This document shows, piece after piece, positions 55,918 through 64,000 of a stretch of DNA of 64,000 nt (positions within the stretch are counted from its first letter, which is position 1; every line of letters starts with the position of its first letter). The notes under the pieces were generated by a model, which was not told where the DNA came from, made no database searches, and saw only the letters and a list, made by a program, of their open reading frames with translations. Location of the stretch: NCBI GenBank assembly GCA_041260205.1, contig CM083805.1, forward strand, positions 496,001-560,000, given 5' to 3'. This stretch comes from Tritrichomonas foetus (lineage: Eukaryota). Position numbers and translations under genes: made by a program.

Positions 55918-58475
55918 ATGGCTTCATGGTGTACAATATATGAGAATTTTGAAGAAACAAAAGAAGATTTCTCTTTGGTAATCAATAATGAAATCTCAAT
56001 TCTATGTAATAAACTGAATATTCTAGAAATATCATCAAATATTTCTTGGATTGTTGAAAATGATCCAAGCGTTAACGAATTCCATTTAACTTTCAATGAT
56101 TTTTCTGATGAAAAATTGCTTTTAATTCAAAAAATATTAAAAGAAGAAAATATTATTGTGAATGCAGAAAATGAAGCTTTTTTATTAAATTTTTCTAAAC
56201 AGCTTGGATTCACAAAGCTCGAAGAATTTGTTTCAAATTACGAACTTCATTTTATAATCAAATTAGAAGAAACTATTTTCAATTTAAATGAAAACAATTT
56301 TTTATGTTCTTATGAAAATTTAAAGACGTTGATTTTGACTTCTGGTAAAGAAACAATATGTAGAATGCTTATAAATGCATGTATAGCTCGTCCAAAGAAT
56401 ACCATGATGTTTTTGAAGCTTACAGACTCACTGGATTTGAATGATGTGATGAGTCGAGTTTTGCTTCTCCAAATGGAAACCTTAGACAACGTTTTTGCAT
56501 TTAAGGAGAGGAAAAATCAGATCATTTGTTATCTAATTCGTCATTATTATGATGCAGGTTTTATTCGAAAAGAACAAATCACTCGTTTATATCAAAATTT
56601 ACCTGTCTTCTTCGAAGATTTGTCGGATTTTAATTCTAATTTTATAAAGCGTCATGGAATTGAATTATTCAAAGAAAGAGTCAAAGAAGGAATTAATCCA
56701 AATCCAATTTCAATCTTTTTGAGGAATGATGATATTGATTCTTTTCAAAATTTCACAAGCAAAGATGAATATTTTGATTTCGATCAAAAAATTGCTCCAT
56801 CAGATTTCGAACAGTGTGATTTTGTAAATCAAAACTGTACTTTAATTCAATTTGCTGCATTTTTTAATTCTATTAAATGCTTCAAATTTTTACTCCTTAA
56901 CAGTTCTAAAATTAATAATATTGAACGCATTCAAAACGCGCAAGTCATTCAAAATCAACAAAATAACAATCAGCAACAAAATAACAATCAGCAACAAAAT
57001 AACAATCAGCAACAAAATCGAGTTCAGAATGACTTTTTGTTTGAAGACTCTAGCATTCAAAATTTGACACAATTTGCTGTCGCTGGTGGAAATTCGGAAA
57101 TCGTTCGTATTTGTAAGCAAAATGGATTTTCTTTTTTTGAAACTCGTGAAGTTGCAATAAAATTTCATCAATGGGATATTTTTGAATGGGTTTTTGAGAC
57201 TATTTTCAGTAAAATTCTTGAAGAAAATGTTTTTGGATTATTGTATCAATGCATCCAATTTTCCAATTTTAAAACTTTTTTATATTTAATTGAAAAAGAC
57301 ACAGATTATAATCTTGCACTTCCTTTAGCCGTTGACTATGACAATATCTTGCTTACACAGTGGCTTTTGAAAAGAAGAAAGAACTTATATAAATTGAAAG
57401 GCTCTAAAAGTGTAGAAAAAAGTTTGATACATTTTGCTTGTAGAAATGAAAATTTAGAAATGCTGAAATTACTTTTGAATGAAAAAAGATATGATGTAAA
57501 TGCTAAATATGAAGGACAGACACCATTAATTATTACAATCGCACGAGGAAATTCGTCTTTATTTGATTTACTTCTTTCTCAAAATAAAATTCAAATTGAT
57601 GCAGCTGACTTCAGTGGAATGCAGCCATTTCATTATGCTTGCTCTTCAAATAATCCAGCTTTTCTTCAAAAACTTCTTGAGTATTGTAACAAAATACAAA
57701 ATGCTCAATTACACAAAGCTTCTTCAAAAGATATCGATAAAATTACTATTAATTTAAGTGCAAAAGACAAAAAAGGTGTTTTTCATTGATATTTAATAAT
57801 ATTCCACTTCATTTTGCATGCTTAAATGAAAATTCGAAAATTCTAAAAATTTTGCTTCAATATATAGAAAAAGATCAATTAAACATTGAAAATAAACTTG
57901 GACAAACTCCAATTTCCCATATCTTACAGAATCCTAATCTTGATTTGCTTAATGAAGTGATTCATTTTCTTGGTGAAGAAAATTTGAATCACCCTTTTAA
58001 CAATCAAAAGCAAACACTTCTTCATCTTGCATGTCAAAATAGATCACTTGAAGCTGTTCAAACTTTACTTTCTTATAAATCATTAAATATTAATGAGACT
58101 GACCAGGCTGGACAAACTTGTTTAATGATTTCTGTTAAATTGAATCTTTTGGAAATGACTAAGCTTCTTTTAAAGTTTCCTGGGATCGATGTAAATATTT
58201 CCGATAAAAATAACCAGAATGTGCTCCATATCGCATGCAACACATATAATAGTATAGAAATAGTGAAATTGTTATTAAATCAAAAAGAAATAGAAATAAA
58301 TCATAGAGATAAAGAAAATAACCCACCTCTTTTTTATGCATTTGAGGAAAATCAAAAAAATATTGTTCAGCTTCTTATTAAACAGCCCAACATTGATCTC
58401 AATATTAATTCAAAAAACTTTATAGAATCAATGAATTCCCCAACTTTAAGATATTTTTATTTTAGAAATCTGTAA
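55918..58475 (+). CDS. BTB-like/DUF3447 + ankyrin-repeat protein, split into two frames at 57778-57797
   Basis: ORF1 (ATG 55918..57789) has TLIQFAAFFNSIKCFKFL, FAVAGGNSEIV and ankyrin repeats and ends ...KDKKGVFH*; ORF2 (57786..58475) resumes NIPLHFAC... with further ankyrin repeats. Confidence 0.8.
56956..57018 (+). repeat. 18-bp coding repeat x3.5 (QQNNNQ)
   Basis: caacaaaataacaatcag tandem units. Confidence 0.9.
57778..57797 (+). other. 20-nt frame-breaking insert in an ankyrin repeat junction (candidate non-canonical micro-intron or recoding site)
   Basis: GGT|GTTTTTCATTGATATTTAAT|AAT ATT CCA CTT CAT; removal gives KDKKG-NIPLHFAC. Confidence 0.55.
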
Positions 58476-59059
58476 AAAAATAAATTTCAGACTAAAACTT
58501 TTTCTTAAAATTATGAATAAAAAATCAAAAAAATAATGAAATTATATCATCAAGAATATCAAGATATACATCATCTTTGTTATTTCAAGAAGAACCATTA
58601 TTATTATTATTTTCTTATTATATGAGATAGATAAATTATTGATCATATTCGAAATCACTTTCATAAATCTTGTTCTTTCACCCAAAATATGAATTTTATA
58701 ACTCTTTTCCAAGGAAAATCGAATTAATATGATAAAAAGAATAGGAATTTCACATATTGCAATCATAAACTTTGCTAATGGTACCATAAAAGTAATTACC
58801 TGTGACTTTATTGAGTTGTTCGAATCAAAAAACAATAATTTTTCTTGATGTGAACAGTTTTTCGACATTATTTCGTGACTGCTACCAATTGCATCATTCT
58901 CACCAAGTTGTGAATTATCTGCCACAAATATTAAATAAATAAAAAATGCGAATAAATAGATGAAGATAGATGCTTTACATGTAAATACATACAATTCAAA
59001 TAAAAACCAAATTATGCCAAAGTTCAAATCGGAAAATAAACCGAAAGGAATAGTTTTCT

Positions 59060-59929
59060 TCAAGCAATGCTGCAGTTTCCTTTCCGTGACTTTGCTCCTT
59101 CCTTCTTTTTGTTTCCTTTTCGAATCCTTCTTTTTTCACCTTTCACTTTTTTAATTTTGTCATTTTTCTGCTCCTTTTTCGAGGCCCTCGCGGCTTGGCC
59201 CTCGCCGCGAATGAAGCCAAGCATCCGCGAGCGGTTTCCTGGCTTTGTGTATGAAAGCTTTTGTATCAGCGATTGCGCAATTGCTTCCCTCAGCTCATCA
59301 ATCCCGGCCCCGCTTGCCGAGCTGACGCCGAAGTACTGGGCATCCAGGTTCTTCACGGCCTCCTTTATATCCTCCTCCGTCACGGCAGAAAGCTGCTTGT
59401 CTTGGTGCCTCGGCTGGGGGTGCTTTCGGCCTGACGAATGCTTATCGCTGTCGTTGCTGCTGTCTTTGGCGCCCGCCAAAGAATCATTCGGGGAGTCTGT
59501 TTGGAGGAGATCACTCTTTGTTCCAACTAAGAAGCAAACATGTGGAGAAAGGGAGTCTTTTTCAAAATCAATTTTCCAACGATAGAGAATATTTTCAAAA
59601 CTTATTCGGTCGTTCAAACTGAAAAGGAAAATGCAACATTGTGCATCTGCGAAATGACAACTGTTCAAGTCTTTGTAGTCATCGATACCTGTTGTGTCCC
59701 ATACGTTTAAACGTACTAATCCTTTTTCGGTTTTGACGACAAGGCTCGTCATTAAATTTGATGTTTGATCATCTTCATCACTATCTGGACCGTCTGTCGA
59801 AGAACTGGATGTTTGGAATTTGTCGTAAGCTAGGCGAGTAATTAATGATGTCTTTCCAACGCGACTATCTCCTGCAACAACAAGAGAAAAAACGAAATCG
59901 ACTTCTTGCATTTTAATGAAACTTTTCAT
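59060..59929 (-). CDS. Divergent Rab/Ras-family small GTPase with polybasic tail and CAAX box
   Basis: G1 GDSRVGKTS, G3 WDTTG, G4 GTKSD, G5 SSA; C-terminal KSRKGNCSIA. Confidence 0.88.
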   Translation of the reverse strand: MKSFIKMQEVDFVFSLVVAGDSRVGKTSLITRLAYDKFQTSSSSTDGPDSDEDDQTSNLMTSLVVKTEKGLVRLNVWDTTGIDDYKDLNSCHFADAQCCIFLFSLNDRISFENILYRWKIDFEKDSLSPHVCFLVGTKSDLLQTDSPNDSLAGAKDSSNDSDKHSSGRKHPQPRHQDKQLSAVTEEDIKEAVKNLDAQYFGVSSASGAGIDELREAIAQSLIQKLSYTKPGNRSRMLGFIRGEGQAARASKKEQKNDKIKKVKGEKRRIRKGNKKKEGAKSRKGNCSIA

Positions 59930-60654
59930 AGAATTTTTTTTTTATAATTTATTGAATAATCCTATTGAATATCTTTGCAGATTGAATATGTCAAAAGCTG
60001 TTGAAATTTTTCAACTTGAAAATTTTGATGACAAATTTTGAGTCAGGAAAAATATATCGCTAAGGATATTTTGAAAGGATAATATTGAAAAAATAATTGC
60101 TTCAGTTACACAAAATATATTACTTTCTCAGAAAAAGCACATATACCTTGAAAATTTCTACAGAAAATAATGGGCGAAAATTATTAACACTCGAGGGAAA
60201 GAGAAGCCATAATTTATAGAGCAAGATTTAAAGTTTTATGTATAAATTAAAATATTAATAATATGTTCATTAATTGAATTTTAAAACAAGATATTCATGA
60301 CAAAATATTGGTGAAATGAAGCATGAAAATTCAGCCAGTTCTTTATTTTTACAGAACATTTCATTTTTATAAATCACTAATATCTTTGAGAAATATAATG
60401 AAAAATGTATTACAAATTTACTAATATACATAAACCATAGTATATATATATTTATTAAGATATACTATCTTTTTCTTTTATTTATATCTCGATATTCAAA
60501 ATATAAAAAATTGTACATTTTTGATAGTTATTCAATGTTAATTATATAAAGATATTTATGGCATGGAATTGCCTCATAAGCTTTTTGAATACTAATATAT
60601 TATAATTTTTTATGGTGCTATATGGTCGTTTGAGGTGAACGTTTACTTTAGTTC

Positions 60655-61779
60655 ATGTTTTCTTTTTTTCTCTTTCGTTTTATTTCGTCTAATTGGATAA
60701 ATTTTACACCTGAGAATTATTATGTTTATATGGAAGAAGAAAGCAAACTTAGCCCAATCGTGGCTTTATTTACTAATTCGTCAAATGATCAAAACTTGAT
60801 TGACAAATTTCAACATCATTCAAAAAATTTTAATAATATCAATTTTACACATATTGATTGCTTAAAAATGGATTTTTGTTCAACAAAAGTCGAAATTAAA
60901 GTTTTCCCGTCAATTTTTTTGATGCAAGGTCAAAATTTTCACTATTGGAGAGAAATTTCACTTGATGGATGGAAAGAACAGATAAAATATGATATGATTT
61001 TTAATAAAAATTCAGTGATTAATCTTGCAGAAAGCTCAACTCCACTTTCAACTTTAATTGAAAATGTGAAAAATGGAGGTTCTGTTTTTCATTTAGACAT
61101 TGCCAAAGAATTTCAAGCTGTTTTCATTAAATTTTCACAACTTGTGAAATACTATAATATATTTAATACGACTTCTATATATTCTATCAAGAAAGATAAT
61201 CGATTCGCAACACTTACTAGTTATTATTCAACGAATTGCTTTACTATTCGAAGAATTAGGCCAATCGAAATTGATAAATTTTTGGATGAAAATAAATTTT
61301 CATTTTATCATAGATACTTTCCAAATGAACTAAAAGAAGTATTATTATATTCTCCTTTTGCACTTATTGTTACACAAAATAGATCGGTTTTAGCAGAACC
61401 ATATTTCGCTTTTAATTCACAATGTCATAAAATTAAGTTTGGAATGATTGATTTTATTACCAACAAAGACTTTATCAAAGAGTTTGAACTGGAAAATGAA
61501 AAAGCACCATTTATTGTTGGGATTAATATTTTCAAAGATTGTTATTCAATCTTTCCAATTGATGCTGATGATACATTTTATTCGAATATTTTGAATGGAC
61601 AGAAGTGCAACAGGATTGGTCGAAAATATGGGATTTATCCAATGAAATCCCAATCGCCATTATCAATGTCAACATTTGCTTTATCTTTTGCTTCAGTTTT
61701 TGCTATATTTTATTGCATAGCATCAACCAAGAATTCAAAAGATACTTCAATGCCAGAACTAAAAAAGAAATATGATTAA
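60655..61779 (+). CDS. Thioredoxin-fold-like (no CxxC) type I membrane protein with KKXX ER-retrieval signal
   Basis: Signal-like MFSFFLF; FTHIDC....C....IKVFPSI PDI-like motif; C-terminal TM and ...KKKYD. Confidence 0.7.
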   Translation: MFSFFLFRFISSNWINFTPENYYVYMEEESKLSPIVALFTNSSNDQNLIDKFQHHSKNFNNINFTHIDCLKMDFCSTKVEIKVFPSIFLMQGQNFHYWREISLDGWKEQIKYDMIFNKNSVINLAESSTPLSTLIENVKNGGSVFHLDIAKEFQAVFIKFSQLVKYYNIFNTTSIYSIKKDNRFATLTSYYSTNCFTIRRIRPIEIDKFLDENKFSFYHRYFPNELKEVLLYSPFALIVTQNRSVLAEPYFAFNSQCHKIKFGMIDFITNKDFIKEFELENEKAPFIVGINIFKDCYSIFPIDADDTFYSNILNGQKCNRIGRKYGIYPMKSQSPLSMSTFALSFASVFAIFYCIASTKNSKDTSMPELKKKYD

Positions 61780-61925
61780 TTCATCAGAGCAATAAAACAA
61801 TTCAAAATCGCTCAAATTAAATAAATGATGTAAAGAAAAAGAAACTAAACGAATGAGAATATCATAAATAAATGTTACAAACTCTAATAAATTTTAATAT
61901 AATATCAATATTTCCTAATAAAAAA

Positions 61926-63803
61926 TTAAACTTCAAGAATTTGATAATCATCGGGAATTTCTTTGTTCCTTCGCCTAAGTTCTTGAATAATTCCATTCCT
62001 TACCTCGTCGTAGTTTGCCTTGATCACTTTTGGATCTTTTCCAAGCTTCAATTCCGTCAAGGCTACATTTCTAACTGATTTCAGCATCACATCAAGGTCG
62101 TTATCACCAAAATTGTTGAATTTCCTTTTTTGTGCTTTTTGAATCCTTTTTGTTTGGTGATTCAAGAACTGAAGGTTCCATCCAGTCAGCCCAGAATGCT
62201 TCTCCTTTGCGCCATTGTTTACCACCATTGTTCCATCATTTGCGACAAAAGTTCCATTATTTGCAACAAAAGTTCCATTATTTACAAACGTGCCACTATT
62301 TTCTACAAATGTGCCACTGTTGTTTACAACAAAAGTTCCATTATTAACAACAAAAGTTCCACTGTTGTCTTCTGTATTGTTTACAACGAATGTACCAGAG
62401 TTATTATCTGTTTCATCATAATCATGATTAACAATAAAAGTTCCTTGATTAACTACGAAAGTTCCTTGTCCGTAAAGAATTGATGAAGCTGCTTCATTTG
62501 AAAGTGCTTTGAATGTGTTGTCAGCATAAATATCTGATAGTTCATCATCAGAGCTTTCTAAATCATCAACGTCAGCTGGCCTCATCACCACATTTCCTTT
62601 TTTATCCTCGCTTTTTGAAGCTTGTATAGCAGTATTTTGTGGGTTTGATTGCTTTCTCTCTGTAAAAATACTTGATCTTCTTCGGATTGATCTCAACTTC
62701 ACGCTCGCCGATAAAGTCTTAGCGTCAGATTGCCCAAGGCCTGCATTTGCAATTCCATCGAGCTCTTCCTTCTTCTTGCTGATTGGCGGGGGCATCGCGG
62801 AAGCAGCCGGTTTATTCTCACTCCGCACAATTGTTGAAGTTGCAGTCGATTTTGAAGACGGGTATGGCTTTGGCTTTGGCTGTTTTTCCGAGATTTCGTC
62901 TTCGCTCTCTTCCTCCTCCTCCTCCTCTTCAAGGGCGAGGCGGAAATCGGCCACCATGTCCCTCAGTATTTCCTGCGAGCGTCCCCCGCACATTTGTATG
63001 AAGGGATCGGCGAGGAGCTCCTCGGCGGTTGGACGGAGCTTCGGGTCCTTCACAAGCGCCCGCCCAACAAACTTTTTGAAGGCTTCGGAGGCCCACTCAG
63101 GCGCCTGCGGTGGTGGCGCGCTCACAATTCTGAACATGAGCGTGTTTATCGGCAAGAAAAAGTTGGGGGCCCTCCCCTCGAGCAATTCCAGCGCTGTAAT
63201 GCCAAACGACCAGATGTCCGCCTTCGTTGTATGGCCCGATGATGAGATGACTTCTGGCGCCATCCAAAGGGGCGACCCGATTGTCGTATTTGTTTCATGA
63301 TAAAATTCGTCGAGCTGTGCGGAAACTCCAAAATCGCAGAGTTTCACTTTTCCGTCTGACGTGACTAAAATATTGCCTGCTTTGATATCGCGGTGAATTC
63401 TCTTTTTCGAATGGACATAAACTAAGCCTTCAAGGAGGCCCCGACAGACAGCGGAAACCTGCATTTCTGTCAGTCCGTGACTTGTTCCGTCTTTGTCTTC
63501 AGTGCCGCAGCAGTCAAGAACATCGGAAAGGCTACATTCGCAATATTCCATGACAAGCCACAAATATTGCTCCTCGAAGAACCAGCCGAAATAATTGACA
63601 ATCGATTCGTGCTTTAAATCTATAACGAGATTAACTTCCGTGAGAAGAGGAAGCCAATCGTCTGTGGCAAGTTCGAAAACTTTGATGGCGACAATTCGTT
63701 GGTTTTTCTTGTCGAATGCTTTATAAACTTTCCCGTAGGAACCTTCGCCGGATAATTCAAGAAGGTTAAAATCATCTCGAGTGTATTTTGTTTCGCTGTT
63801 CAT
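61926..63803 (-). CDS. STE20/MST (Hippo-like) kinase with repeat linker and SARAH-like C-terminus
   Basis: GEGSYG, VAIK, LWLVMEYC, HRDIKAGNIL, DFGVSAQL, NTTIGSPLWMAPEVI, acidic run after the kinase, GT(F/M)V repeats, terminal helix ...IKANYDEVRNGIIQELRRR. Confidence 0.92.
   Translation of the reverse strand: MNSETKYTRDDFNLLELSGEGSYGKVYKAFDKKNQRIVAIKVFELATDDWLPLLTEVNLVIDLKHESIVNYFGWFFEEQYLWLVMEYCECSLSDVLDCCGTEDKDGTSHGLTEMQVSAVCRGLLEGLVYVHSKKRIHRDIKAGNILVTSDGKVKLCDFGVSAQLDEFYHETNTTIGSPLWMAPEVISSSGHTTKADIWSFGITALELLEGRAPNFFLPINTLMFRIVSAPPPQAPEWASEAFKKFVGRALVKDPKLRPTAEELLADPFIQMCGGRSQEILRDMVADFRLALEEEEEEEESEDEISEKQPKPKPYPSSKSTATSTIVRSENKPAASAMPPPISKKKEELDGIANAGLGQSDAKTLSASVKLRSIRRRSSIFTERKQSNPQNTAIQASKSEDKKGNVVMRPADVDDLESSDDELSDIYADNTFKALSNEAASSILYGQGTFVVNQGTFIVNHDYDETDNNSGTFVVNNTEDNSGTFVVNNGTFVVNNSGTFVENSGTFVNNGTFVANNGTFVANDGTMVVNNGAKEKHSGLTGWNLQFLNHQTKRIQKAQKRKFNNFGDNDLDVMLKSVRNVALTELKLGKDPKVIKANYDEVRNGIIQELRRRNKEIPDDYQILEV
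62215..62470 (-). repeat. Coding repeat: ten (N/Q/S/D)GT(F/M)(V/I) motifs
   Basis: QGTFVVNQGTFIV...NSGTFVVNN...NDGTMVVNN. Confidence 0.9.
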
Positions 63804-64000
63804 TTGATGTTAATTTTTAACTGTTCACACTGAACTTTTTACGAGTTTTTCATCTTAACTGATGGATTTTGACATATATTTGACCTTTAATTTATTGATG
63901 ACCAGACAAGCATTTAAAATATTTCGCGTTTTAATTACTATCGGCCAATATTACTTTTGAAAGAAATTGTAAATGGCGCCAAAAATTGAAAAGTCTCAAT

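Noticed and set aside
58542..59063. 173-aa minus-strand ORF abutting the GTPase stop
   Set aside because: Non-ATG start, AT-rich I/F/L/K composition and no motifs; probably spurious, though not excluded.
59067..59585. Long antisense ORFs here and at 62776-63300, 39563-39847 and 31028-31603
   Set aside because: Lie opposite well-supported genes and are explained by codon bias or locally high GC reducing stop frequency.

Overview
AT-rich, gene-dense, essentially intron-free eukaryotic DNA in the standard genetic code. It is most consistent with a parabasalid protist (Tritrichomonas/Trichomonas-like). That assignment is an inference from gene content (DUF3447/ankyrin, BspA-like LRR, BEACH, TKL-like kinases, IFT88, bacterial-type GH20 and PaiA) and from TAA stops often embedded in TAAA. 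About 23 host protein genes are visible. Main structural discoveries: (1) A complete 2,063-bp pogo-like DD35D DNA transposon (7872-9934, perfect 42-bp TIRs, TA target duplication) splits a 913-aa surface-protein gene that reads in frame once the element is removed. (2) A DUF3447/ankyrin gene is broken inside an ankyrin-repeat junction by a 20-nt GT-starting, non-AG-ending insert whose removal restores frame and repeat consensus, a candidate non-canonical micro-intron or recoding site. (3) A Hippo/MST-like kinase carries a SARAH-like tail and ten GT(F/M) motifs. (4) Related kinases are fused to different sensor modules (RCC1 twice, LRR once), and there is a separate pseudokinase-Sel1 fusion. 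Also present: two probable bacterial gene transfers, a decaying tandem pseudogene, abrupt GC-rich patches inside genes, and recurrent TTGAA/TTCAA clusters upstream of genes. No tRNA, rRNA or CRISPR array was recognised. No database searches were run; all product calls come from motif recognition.
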